DNA from: Chiloscyllium plagiosum | Lineage: Eukaryota | Assembly (NCBI RefSeq): GCF_004010195.1 | Contig: NC_057719.1 | Span: forward strand, 44,971,766 to 45,035,765 | DNA length: 64,000 nucleotides | Reading direction: 5' to 3' | Shown here: in pieces, positions 39,150-50,794 of the stretch | Layout: each line of letters begins with the position of its first letter | Position numbering within the stretch: the first letter of the stretch is position 1 | Made by a program: the position numbers and the translations under genes | Notes under the pieces: generated by a model | What the model was told of the DNA's origin: nothing | What the model saw: only the letters and a program-made list of their open reading frames with translations | Databases searched by the model: none

Positions 39150-39710
39150 AGCACATTCAACAAACAGGACAATAACAGGCCATTCAACCCATGTTGGTGC
39201 CTTTGTGCTTCAAAGAATCATGAAATAATCACAACGCAGAAGTTGGCTGATACAGTCCATGTCAGTTTTCTGCAAGGTAACTTAGCTAGATCTGCACCCC
39301 CACCCCTTGCATTTACTGCATCTCTGCAAATCCTTTTCCTTTGAACACCAATCCAATTCTTTTGTAAATCACTTTCATTCTGTTTGCTTCACCTATATTT
39401 TCAGGTATCACATTCCAGATCAGAAACATTGTTGTGGTTTTCCTCATGTCACCATTTGCCAGTTGCATTGAGTCCCCTCCCTCTGGTTCTCAACTTTTCT
39501 ATCAATGTGTCATCCACAAATTTTGAAATTATATCCTGTACCCCCAAGATCCAGAAATGCAGTGGGCCTCGTACCAATTCCTAGGGATCCCAACTTCTTT
39601 CAGTCCACTAAACAATTATTCACCACCACTCCCTCCGTTTTCTGTTACTTAACCAATTTCGTATCCATGCTGTCATTGTTCATTTTATTCAATGGACTTC
39701 AACATGATGC
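39150..39710 (-). mobile_element. Degenerate CR1 fragments
   Basis: CR1-like reverse-complement segments (ACAGGCCATTCAACCC tail; GTGTCATCCACAAATTT = KFVDDT on the minus strand). Confidence 0.5.
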
Positions 39711-40694
39711 TTTAATCAACAATTCATTGACACTCTGGGTGGATTCTTCCCAGGTCCCGAATGGCGTGGTGTGTGCTAATGAATCTTAGAGAATCACGGG
39801 AGAAGTTCAGCAAGACCTTTCTCAACATCCACAGAAGCAAATCACATTTTCCAACAGAGTTCCAGATATCAATAGGAGATCCTTACTGTGAGTAGTGAGG
39901 GGCATGTTAACAGGGACTATTGCTCATTATCACCTTACTTCACCTCATTAGTAGGAAGGTTGCTATTCTCCACCTATTGTATAGAAACCAGACACCAAAA
40001 ATTCCCAACATAAAAGTCAGAGCAAGGACCTGTCAACTCCAGTTCACCATTTGCTCTCCCAAGTTGGACACCTAACACCAATATCTCAGGGGACACTCTA
40101 TTAACAGTGGCTGCACACACGGGCATCCATGGACAATGGCAGACATGTACCAGGCTCTCTGCACCATCATCGCGCACCTCTGATCCACTTACAGTATGTT
40201 TCTTCACTGTATCACTGCATTTTGGGATGCACTGCCAACTATAATTGGGAGGCTGCTGCAGGGACAGGAATGCAGCTTACAGGTTGGACCAAACTGCATC
40301 TCAGGGCTGCTGGCTTGCTCACTTAGTGCTCATTTACTTTGTACCTACTTTGATATTCACAGAATCCCTGCTTTGCCTTGCAGTGCCATCTTGCAGCTTG
40401 GCCCTTCTGGCCTAGCTTATAGACCTGCTGTGTTGCCTAGCACAGGCATAAAGCGAGGCAAGCTTTTTGTGCGTGTTAAAGTGAAGAAATAGCATAGAAC
40501 TGGAGGTACTGCAAGATGGCATGTACCTATGCACTGGTGAATTGTGCAGCCTGGTGTAGAAGTATGTGCAAGGAAGTGTCAGCTGTTCCACCTCTGGCCA
40601 GTGAGAAGTACTGGTTTGAAACTGCTGTGCCATTATGTTGTCAGTGAAGGGGAACTCCAGTCTGCCAACTGTGTCAATGCTGCTCCGTTAACAA

Positions 40695-41297
40695 GGTCAT
40701 GATGCCCTTGGCTTTTCTTTTAGAGAGGTTGTAAAAGCAGCGATTCCAAAAAATCTGTGTTTAATGACTTGAGAATGCTTTCAAGTTTAAAAAAGAAATG
40801 CTTGTATAATGAAAGGGGAGTGGCCAGTTCTCCTAGCTTTTCTCTTGTTTGGTTTGATTTGATTTGGTTTTAGCAGTCTGACTGTTCACTGAAAGCAGTC
40901 AGTCAGTTTGAGGCTGTGGTCCAAGAAACAGCTACATGGAAGAAGGTGTTCTATGTTATATTTCTCCGCCATCTCGTTCTCTCCTGTAAGACCCTGTGTT
41001 TGGTTTTACCTTTTTTGCCAAGCGGTGTTTATGGGGATTGTTGCAGGAATTTGGAACAGCGTCATTTAAATCGAGATAGTCTGTTGGGTTTTCAGTTAGT
41101 CTGTATTTTGTTCTCTTTTGTTTGTGTTTCATTTAGTAATCTTGCAAATAAATTCTGTTTTGTTTAAAACTAAGTGGTTGGGTCAGTTGCATCACTCCTG
41201 GAATATCTGTGATACATCTGCTTAAAACAACTAGCAAAGTTAGTATCTAGGCTACTTTCTTGAAATGTTTTGATGGGTTCTGGCCTGGTCCATAACA
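40695..41297 (+). mobile_element. Solo LTR, related subfamily
   Basis: Starts G(T)CATGATG and ends GGCCTGGTCCATAACA; AATAAA at ~41147; 3' end (AAAGTTAG..CTAGGCTAC.TTCTT..TTTTGA.GGG) parallels the other two solo LTRs. Confidence 0.7.
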
Positions 41298-41579
41298 CAA
41301 TGCTTCAAGAGGGGTATGGCTGGGGTTCCAGGTTGATGCCAATGCCAGGGATGATGGTCTATTCCAGGATATCCCAGCAGTGTCAAGTACTTCCTGTCAC
41401 AGTGAGTGGGGAATCAGGCTTGCAGTGGATGACAGGGGCACCACTGGGGTGAGGTAGGAAGTTAGTGAGGCGAGTTTGGACAATCACATCAGAAAACTCA
41501 CGAGACTTCATAAAGAGAAATTCACTGTGAAACATGACCAAATTGGCATCGGAAATATTACAAGAATCCCCCATTTCCA

Positions 41580-43391
41580 CCTTTTACATCTATCAGCATC
41601 CTCAGATGCAGCCCATTCAATCTTGGTGACTTATTATATGAAGGATAGTAAATCTTTGCTGTGTTTCACATGCAAGATATTCATCTAGTAGCTTGGCCAT
41701 GCCCTTTGCTTCCACATGCAGGTGTCCCTTTTGGTCTCTAAATAGTTCCAACCTTCCTTTCATTAAACTTTGCTATTTATATGTTTTTGAGGACATTTGG
41801 ATTCCCTTTTATGTTTCTTGCCACTCTCTTCTCATACTTTGTTACTTTTTTTGTTTTCACTCTGAATTTTTGATATTTAACTGGGTTTAACTTGTTAGAA
41901 CGACATGACATTTTTCATATATACCATTTGTCTGCTTCATTTCACTTTCAGTCTCTTCTGTCAGCTCTGACTTTGGTTGTTTTATCTCTCTCCCTTCTGG
42001 GAATGTATCTCAGCTGGACCTGAACCATTTCTTCTTTCACGCTGTTGTTCTGCTAAATTTTGCCTTTTTCTTTAATCCATTTAAATGACATAAAAGTTCT
42101 CCATCACTGAACTTGGCTATAATTAAGGACACTTACTGAATGCTCCTCATCCTTTTCCACAACTAAGTAACATTTTATGATGCTATTATCACTGATCTCT
42201 ACATTTTCCTCCAAGTCATATCTGATGCTCTTTATACAAGCTATTCTCCAGAATCAGATCCAACAATGTTGTCTTAATTGGACCAGAAATGTATTTATTA
42301 AAAAAGCTTACGTGATGACAATTCAAACTCTTTCTTCTCTCTGCCATCAACAATTATTATCCCAGTCTATTTTAGGATAATCAAAATTTCATATTATCAC
42401 TATCTATGATTCTCGCACTCTCCATAATTTCTTTACAAATTTCTCTTCCAGATCTTCACCGCAATCAGTGGTAAATAGATTACACACAGTAATGTAATAC
42501 CACCTTTCTTGTTTCTACACTGTAGGAATTTAGATTCTGTCCTTGACCTCTCAGGAGATCTTATTTCTACAGTAATATGATTCTTAATAAATAGTGCCAT
42601 CCCTCCTCCCTTCCTTTCTTCCCCAACTTTCCTGAGCACATAAATTACAGGAATGTTTTGTTCCCAGTTCTGAATTTTTTTTTAAACTGTCTTTGTTGTT
42701 TCTGCAACTTGATATATCCACGTAGCCATCTGAAGCTATGGATCACTGACCTTACTTACCATGCTTCAGGTGTGATACATATGTACAACAAACCTGAATT
42801 AGATCTTATTGTATTTCCTCTTTGTCTCACCCAATATAATACCTTAGCACGGTATGTCCTACTGTAGTGCTATCCATCTGGGACCAATTCTTTGTACACC
42901 TTGGTTTGCCTTTTCAATGCTATGAACCGATTCCCATCCCTGTCAAATTAGTTAAGCCCCTGCCAGTGTTGAAGTGCAACTATTGACTTGTGTGGGCTGC
43001 TCCTCCTCCGGAACTGGACCCAATGTTCCAGGAATTAAATTCCTCCCTTCTTTCTGTTCCTTCACCAGCCATACATTCAATGCTGCTATCCTTCTACATT
43101 CACTGGTATGTGACACTAGAAGTAATTTGGAGTTATGCTTATAATTTCTTTCCTAGCTTCCCAAATACTTTCTACAGGATCTTTATGTACCAACTGGAAC
43201 ACAAACTCTGGCTGTTCATCCATCCCACTCAAAATGTGATGCAGTTGGTTAGTGACAGGCTTGACTCTGGTATCTGAGCAGCAATACTCTGTGCAAGTTT
43301 CATACCTTCAGTCTCAGAAATGTCTCTTAGTTTCCCTAACTGTAGAGTCCTCAATCATGATTGCTTTCTCAATTTTCCTCCTCTGTACTGT
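41580..43391 (-). mobile_element. Old CR1 (ORF1 and endonuclease region), host of the Gypsy insertion; probably continues at ~49374-49740
   Basis: Minus ORF 42433-42639 GGGMALFIKNHI..RNKKGGITLLCVIYLP is an APE endonuclease motif; decayed ORF1-like sequence on both sides of the Gypsy. Confidence 0.6.
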
Positions 43392-44198
43392 TGTTACATC
43401 ATAGGATAAACCCTCCTGCTTAATTTAAACCTGCAATACAGAAAAGATTTATCCCGTGCAGTAATCTGTGAAAATTTGAGAGGCCAAGAACTAGGTTAAG
43501 TAAAAGTAACAACTTTATTTCTTAAAGTATAACAGAAAATAATTAACTAACAACTATGTTCAACTCCTTCCTCTAACCTATCTTTTACTTCCCCTTCTAT
43601 AATACTAGTCCAATAAAACCCCTGATTAAAATTTACCAAAGTTCAAATTTCAAAACCAGCCAGCTGTCAAATCTTCTCTTTATAATCTTCCTCTGTCTTC
43701 TTTTCTTCTTCTTAGGGATTTCTGTTTCACAGGTCACTGATCGATTAAGGTACCGTTAAGAGAGCTATTTTTCAGGCAGTCTATGCTGGTGGCTTAGCAG
43801 TTCTCCCCCAACTGTTCAATTTTTCCCGGTCTTGTACCACAAAGCATCGGATTGTTTCATTGGGTTTTAATATTGTTAGTTGAAACTTTATTGCTGGAAC
43901 AGCACAGCAGGTCAGGCAGCATCCAGGGAACAGGAGATTCGACGTTTCGGGCACAGGCCTCTTTTAATATTGTTAGTATACTAAATTCAAACTTGACTGG
44001 AGGTTGGTATTTTGGGGTATAATTTAAACTGATTGGCTGAATTTGAATTTGTTTTGTCATCTCCAGACAACCCAGCTAATTTAGCTGTTCGATTAAATGT
44101 TAATTGTTACCTTATTCAGAACACTTGGTGCTGTGTCAGGCATTTCAGCTAGCTGTTAAGTCTCTTAAAGGTACAGTATCCCTTACACCTTCATATCA
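43392..44198 (-). repeat. 3' LTR (contains an 81-bp nested insertion)
   Basis: Direct repeat of 48699-49373; on the minus strand it is preceded by the polypurine tract TTAAGGGGAAG (44199-44209). Confidence 0.95.
43881..43961 (-). mobile_element. 81-bp Penelope-like insertion in the 3' LTR, with 16-bp TSD
   Basis: TSD TTTTAATATTGTTAGT at 43865-43880 and 43962-43977; absent from the 5' LTR; about 40 bp identical to 29659-29698. Confidence 0.92.
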
Positions 44199-44409
44199 CT
44201 TCCCCTTAAGACAAAATGAACTATCATAATTGTTTTTTTTTCCTATTTTTTAAACACATTAAGTTTCATCTAAGTTCACCTTAACCTCTTTCCATATACC
44301 TTCCTATATGTACATTTGTAACTGTGTGTGTGGCGGGAGGGGGGGAGGTATGTGTGTGTATATAAAAAACATTAAATAAATATAAATCGCATCCAAGCTT
44401 TATCAGTTA

Positions 44410-45935
44410 AGTCCGCGATAACACATCTGCGATTGCATTCTTATGACTCACAACATGTTCAATTTTTTAATTAAAAGTCTGTAACATAAGACTCAAATGA
44501 AATAGTATCATATTCTTGTCTTTAAAGTGTTCTAAGAATGTAAGCGAATTGTGATCTGTGTACACCACTGTCTCTGACACATTGTTTGTGACATTCACAT
44601 TAAACGCTGTAAGGCCAGGACCAATCTCAGTATTTCTTTCTTGATTGTGGAGCATTTCCTCTGGTGGATTTTTGAAAAAGTAACCGACTGGCAGTTCAAT
44701 CCCATCTTCCTGTAGGAGTACAGCTTCAACTCCGATGTCACTAGCATCGATAGCAATTTTAAAAGTTTTTGAAAAGTTTGGTGAAGCTAAAACTGGTTGT
44801 AGTGGTTAATATTGATTTCAAATGGTCAAATGCCTCCTTGCATTGTTCTGTCCACTGAAACTTTGTGTTCTTCTTTAGCAAATTGTTCACATGACATACA
44901 CGATACCTTTTTTTCTATCTGGCATCTTTACTAGATAGCTTACCTGACTCAACTTTTTCTAAAATTGATAGGGACCATTAAACCTGGCTTTGAAGACATT
45001 CGCATCACTGATAACAGTACGAACACGTCATCCCCTCGGGAAAACGTCTGAGTCTCAGAGCTTTTATCTGCCACCTGCTAAAGGTGCCACTACACTGCTG
45101 AAGTTTGGAACAAACTTCCGATAGAACCTGCTGAGTCCTAAGAATCAAAGCACCTCTTTCTTTGAGGTCAATTGTGGAAATTCCTCGATGGCCTTCGTCT
45201 TTGTGTTCCATGGGATCAACCTTCCATGACCACTGTTATGTCCCAAGGACGTAACCTCTGCTTTCGCGAATTCAGTTTTATTTAAGTTTATCACCAGTTT
45301 TGCTTCTCGTAGTCATTCAAAGAGCTCTACCAACTGCACCATGTGATCTTTCCAGGACCTACTAAAGATCATCACATCATCCAAATAGACTGTGCATTTT
45401 GTTAGCCCAGCCACAACTCTGTTCGTGAGTCTTTGGAATGTGGCGGGTGCATTCTTCATTACAAAGGGCATCACTTTAAACTGATATAGCCCATTTGAGG
45501 TTACAAACGCAGAAATTTCTTTCACCGTCTCTGATAAAGGTACCTGCAGTAACTCCACATTCAGTCCAACTTAGTGATGTAACTGGCTTGTCCGGCTTTC
45601 TCGATATAGTCCTCCAATGTGGGAATTGGATATGAGTCCAATTTTGTAACAGCCTTGACCTTCCGATAATCCACACAGAATCGTTGAGTCCCATCCGGTT
45701 TGGGAAGTCAGGCGATCAGCCAACGCCACTCGCTCTGGCTTGGTTCGATGATGCCCCTTGTTGAGCATAGCCTCCACCTCCATCTGGACCTGTCTGGCTT
45801 TGAAAGGATTAAGTCGATAGGTGTGTTGTTTTATCGGAGCAGTGTTCCCTACGTCGACTTCATGTACAATAGCATTATTCCTCCCCATCTGATTCTTATA
45901 TATGTCCTTATACTGCAGTAACAAATCTTTCAACT
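44410..45935 (-). pseudogene. pol: Gypsy reverse transcriptase plus RNase H (disrupted)
   Basis: PIKQHTYRLNP; GLYQFKVMPFVMKNAPATFQRL; VYLDD at ~45376-45390; FYRKFVPNFSSVVAPL; IAIDASDIGV; VYTDHNSLTFL. Confidence 0.92.
44885..45078 (-). repeat. Ectopic duplicate of the integrase GPY/F tail (~46122-46317) inserted in RT
   Basis: Same-orientation match: TTTTCTATCTGGCATCTTTACTAGATAG..ACCTGACTCAACTTTTTCT..AACAGTACGAACACG..TGAGTCTCAGAGCTTTTATCTG. Confidence 0.92.
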
Positions 45936-46106
45936 GTGTCCTATGTTTCTGAGACAGATAGCTTACTAACCTATCCTTCTCCTCAAGGACTTCTTCATTT
46001 TTAATCTATTTTGAGGCACATCAAAATCCACATCATCTGGATTTGATTCCTCACTCTGCAGGGCAGTAACTAACACCTGTTTCTCCAGTTCTTTCTCACT
46101 AGTATA

Positions 46107-46812
46107 TTACAGTCTCAACAAGTTCATATGACATACCTGATACCTTTCTTTTCTATCTGGCATCTTTACTAGATAGTTCACCTGACTCAACTTTTTCTCA
46201 ATTTGATACGGACCATTAAATCTGGCTTTGAAGGGATCTTGTATCACTGGTAACAGTACGAACACGCGATCCCCTTGGGAAAATGTTTGAGTCTCAGAGC
46301 TTTTATCTGTCACCTGTTTCATTCTATACTGTGCCCTCTTTAGGTGCTGTTTAGCTAACTCAACTACTCGATTTAATCTCTCCCTCACCTCCGATAGATA
46401 ACCTAAGTGTGAGATCTCTGACTTTGGTCCTGTCAATCTTTCTTTAATTAATTTCAAAGGACCTCTCCCTTCATGACCGAATACTAACTCGAAGGGAATA
46501 AACTGAGTAGATTTGTTTGGGACATCTCCAGTGGCAAAAAGTACGAATGGGATACCTTTATCCGAATCATTCAGGGAATCCTGACAGTTTGCTCTCAACA
46601 TGGTCTTCAAGGTCTGTTGCCACCTTTCTAAAGCTCCTTGGGAATCAGGATATTATGCACTGGATTTTAAGTGCTATATACCTAAGCTATCCATAACCTC
46701 CTTAAACAGTGTAACAGTAAAGTTTGACCCTTGGTCCGACTGAATCTCTCTGGGTAGCCCATACCATGTGAAAAAGGCTACTAACTCCTCTATTACCCTT
46801 TTTGCCTTGATA
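46107..46812 (-). pseudogene. Gypsy integrase core and C-terminus (N-terminus deleted)
   Basis: FFTWYGLPREIQSDQGSNFT; SQGALERWQQTLKTML; STQFIPFELVFGH; FNGPYQI..VNYLV..HMNLL (ORF 46107-46610). Confidence 0.92.
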
Positions 46813-47110
46813 CTCCCACCTTGGATCCTGCCAAATCATTCCCAAGAACAAACTGAATTCCTGGAACTGAGACTCTGTCAATCACTCCCACTGTAACTTC
46901 CCCAGTCTTGAGTTGGCACTCCAACCTGATCTTACATAGGAGAACACTAAATGTCTGTCCCAAAAATTACCACACTGTCGGGTAACAGATCAGAAAGAGT
47001 GCATATTCACTCAGCTCTTACTATCAGCAACTGGTTACATCCTGTGTCTCTCAATTATAACTTCTTGTCCTTCTCCTCCTGTTCTTTCTTAGTAAAATTT
47101 ACCCACAAAG
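46813..47110 (-). pseudogene. Aspartic protease (disrupted)
   Basis: RDTGCNQLLI (DTG at 47040-47048) and GIQFVLGNDLAGSKV. Confidence 0.8.
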
Positions 47111-48516
47111 GCGAATTCTTTGTAGAATCAGGTACTAACTCCACACCCACACCCTGCCTAGCTGTGCAGTCTCCTGCAGCTCCTCAGCTCTTCTTGGTGT
47201 CTCCTTTATTACCTTCACCAATGCCACTGGCTTAGCTTCTTTTACCGCATCTTTTCCCACAGCGCCTTTCTTTAATGACCAGCACTGTGACTTTACTCAC
47301 TTTACGGGTCTCACCTTCTGGCAGAGAAAACTACTTTTCCCAGTGCATTTCTGAAACCAATACACTGTAATTTTCTGCATCCCACTCCATTACAGTGAAA
47401 ACACCTGAGGCTTTTCACCTCCTGTCCACCTTCTTGGGCTTCTTTAATCTATGGTAAATTCTTACCAGTGTTCTCTACTCTTTCTTTCATAGTGTAGGAT
47501 CTCCCCTTTTCCCAACTTCTATCCCTCACAGGACAAAATTCTGTCTGGAAGCTTGTCTTATGCACCAATATGTATTCATTTGCTAATTCTGCTGCCCTTC
47601 TCACTTCCTGAACTTTCTGTTCCTCCATGTGAATTCTTACCATCTCTGGAAGTGATTTTTTAAACTCCTCCAGCAGAATAATCTCTCTTGGAGATCAAAG
47701 GTCTCATCTATTTTCAAAGCACGTACCCATCGATCAACGTGACTACGTTTAATTCTTTCGAACTCAACTTAAGTCTGACATGGTTCCTTTATGTTTCTGA
47801 ACTGCTGTCTATATGCCTCTGGTACCAATTCACAAGCACTTAAAATAGCCTGTTTAACCTCTTCGTAATCTCTTGACCCCTATCTGGCAGCACAGCAAAT
47901 ACCTCACCAGCTCTGCCTTCCAGCTTAGTCTGAACTAGCATTACCCATAAATCCTCGGACCACTCCATCTGCCTAGGCAATTTTTCAAATGAAATAAAGG
48001 CGACTTCAATACCTTTCTCATTAAAATGTGGCAGAGTTTTGACATATTTATATACATCACTACCTTCCCTTTTAATCTCCATCCTGTTAACTTGACTTTG
48101 AACTTGAGAAGTTGTGACTTAGTCAGCAAATTCTCTCTCTTTTTGTCCCTCCCTTTCCTCTCTCTCTATTTGCTCAACTAAGAACCTTCTCTCTCTCTTT
48201 CTTTTTCCTCTGTCTCTCGTCTCTGTCTTTCTCTTTCCCTCTATCTTTCCTCTTTCTCTCTATGTTTATCTTCTAGCTCCATTTTCCTCAATTATAACTT
48301 AAGTTTTTCTATCTCTTCTGCACTTGTCTGTTTCTCTGACACACCTAAGTGTTTGAGTAATTCCCTTACAATTTCAGCTTTTATCCTTGGTTAAACCCAA
48401 GTATAATCTATTTGTTAATTCTGTAAGTATGGCCTTTCTCTTTCCTTCTAAACTTCCTTGGCAAATTTGAGAATCATATTCAAATCCCAGAACCTCTTTA
48501 GCAATTTTAGAGCCAT
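47110..48516 (-). pseudogene. gag: Gag (coiled coil, capsid/SCAN-like region, zinc knuckle; disrupted)
   Basis: ATG at 48516 (MALKIAKEVLG); LPHFNEKGIEVAFISFEK..WVMLVQTKLEGRA; LLEEFKKSLPEMVRIHMEEQKVQEVRRAAELANEY; RCFHCNGVGCRKLQC. Confidence 0.82.
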
Positions 48517-48669
48517 TTCTCTCACTTTTAATTTAATCAACCACAAGTCACCAAAAATAGACAAATAGTCTCACCGACATTTTATTTAAAGATCTAGAAC
48601 ACTAACCTGCAAGTTTAAATCTGCTGGGATTTTCCATACCCCCAAATCTATTCAAATCTATCTAAACAA

Positions 48670-48695
48670 GTTCAAATCCCAGCAACAAGCCCCCA
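48670..48695 (-). promoter_or_regulatory. Primer-binding site complementary to tRNA-Pro
   Basis: Plus strand GTTCAAATCCCAGCAACAAGCCCCCA versus tRNA-Pro 3' end GTTCAAATCCCGGACGAGCCCCCA; 3 nt from the 5' LTR. Confidence 0.85.
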
Positions 48696-48698
48696 AAA

Positions 48699-49373
48699 TG
48701 TTATGACATGGGGTAAACCCTCCAGCTTCATTTAAACCTGCAATACAGAAAAGATGAATCCCATGCAGTAATCTGTGAAAATTCAAGAGGGAAAGAATGA
48801 GTTTAAGTAAAAGTAACAACTTTATTTCTTAAAGTATAATTAACTAACAACTATTTACAACACCTTCCTCTAACCTATCTTTTACTTTCCCTTTTATAAT
48901 ATTAGTTCAAAAAAACCCTGATTAAAATTTATCAAAATTCAAATTTCAAAACCAGCTAGCTGTTGAATTTTCTCTTTATATCTTCTTCTGTCTTCTTTTC
49001 TTCTTCATTGGGATTTCTGTTTCACAGGTCACTGATCAATAAAGGTACCTTTAAGAGAGTTGTGATTTGGGCAGTCTGTACATGCTGGTGGCTTGGCAGT
49101 TCTCCCTCAACTGTTCAATTTTTCCTAGCATCAGATTGTTTCATTGGGTTTTAATATTATCAGTATACCAAACTCAAACTTGATTGGTGGTTGGTATTTT
49201 GGGGTATTTGGCCGAATTTGAATTTGTTTTGTCATCTCCAGATAACCAGCTAATCTAGTTGTTCGACCAAATGTTACATTGTTACCTTATTCAGAACACT
49301 TGGTGCTGTGTCAGGTAGTTCTGCTAGCTGTTAACTCTCTTAAAGGTAGAGTACCCCTTACACCTTCATAACA
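48699..49373 (-). repeat. 5' LTR
   Basis: TGTTATGAC...TTCATAACA; roughly 85-90% identical to 43392-44198 by eye. Confidence 0.95.
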
Positions 49374-50379
49374 CTGTGTACAGTGAGTGACTCTCAGTAC
49401 TGTGGAATTGACTCTGACTGTATTCTACAGAAGAAAACCCTTCACCAGCACTCAGAACCAGTTCAAGAGTTTTGCAATATCTGGGAAATATCTCCTTGGT
49501 CCTCCTTGGCTGTTTGGCAGTCACATATTCTCCCTATGCCTCTTTGGGATAACCACTTCCAGAAATGTGCTATAAAATTCACCTTCAGTGCTGTGGATGT
49601 ACAGTGATGTCAGTGATACTTAAACTTCAAAACCCTTTTTCAGGCGATGATATTTGCTGCAACTGTGTTTATTCAGGAAGCATCCTGCAGTTCACATATT
49701 GAACAGGATGCCTTTAACAGGACTAGGGTGCCCGTCTCCCAATATTAGACTATTCAGTAATTTAAGAAAAATGATTTTATAATTTAAATAAATGGTCACT
49801 CGGTGTCTATTAATGACTCTTCCCTTTAAACTGTACATTAGCTTAATTTCTTCACTTATCTGATCACCTGTAAATATCAGGTTTATATTTAATTGATACT
49901 TAAGAACTACTTAAAGTTATGACACCCCTTTTAATTTAAATTTTCTCCTCAAAGATTTGATAATTTACATACTGAATAGAATTATATTCAATGCATAAAA
50001 CATGTTGTTGTAATAGGCTTATCTTTACCTTACACTAATTAATTGAGCTAGCTTAATTCATAGGTAGATTAAATTAACCTCATGTCTGCAAATTTATTTT
50101 TAGAGTTATAATTGTGTGAAGGCTTCATCAGGAATTTTTCTTCTTCTGAACTATTTTCCACCCCTCTTTGCTTAACCCCATCTTACTTTGTCTCTCATGT
50201 TTATTTATCTAACTTCTCTTTTAATGCATCTATTTCATTAATCTCTGCTATTCCTTACATAAACAAGTTCTATATTTTAACTATTCTCTAACTAAAGCAG
50301 TTTTCACTGAATTACTTGATGAATTTATTCTTACCTACAATATATATTTGTAGGTATGAATAAATGGTGAAGGCTAACA

Positions 50380-50628
50380 CGAGCTTTAAATTGAGATTTA
50401 GGACAGATATCAGGCATAGTTTCTGACTCAGAGGGTACAGGGGCATGGAACGTTTGCCTCCAACAGTTGTAGACTCGTCGACACTAAGGACATTTAAATG
50501 GGCATTGGACATACATGTGGATAATAATGGAATGGTGTAGGTCAGATAGGCGTCAGATTAATTTTGCAGGTCGGTACAACATCAAAGGCTGAAGGCCCTG
50601 TACTGCTTTGTAACGTTCTAGTTCTATA
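50380..50628 (+). mobile_element. CR1 3' tail
   Basis: Parallels 11200-11460 (GACAGAT.TCAG..GCATGGAAC..TTGCCT..CCTGTACTG). Confidence 0.75.
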
Positions 50629-50794
50629 TTTACAGCCAGTTGTGTTTCTTCAATTTATTCATCTTTCATTTTTTCCACAATCTTAAAGACCTGTCACTTC
50701 TGCTCCACTCCCTTCTATTTTCTGCTAGCTTGCCCTGCAAAGAAAGGGAAAGAAAAACACTCTACAGTTTATAACAAACAATACAGAAGTAAGC

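Larger units (their letters stand above)
43392..49373 (-). mobile_element. Full-structure but inactive Gypsy LTR retrotransposon, Gmr1-like (gag-PR-IN-RT-RH)
   Basis: Paired LTRs with TGTTA...T(A/C)A ends; 4-bp TSD CTGT (43388-43391, 49374-49377); PBS, PPT and all domains recognisable, with stops and frameshifts. Confidence 0.95.

Noticed and set aside
48130..48290. CT-rich microsatellite-like tract
   Set aside because: It is the E/R/K-rich coiled-coil coding region of the minus-strand gag.
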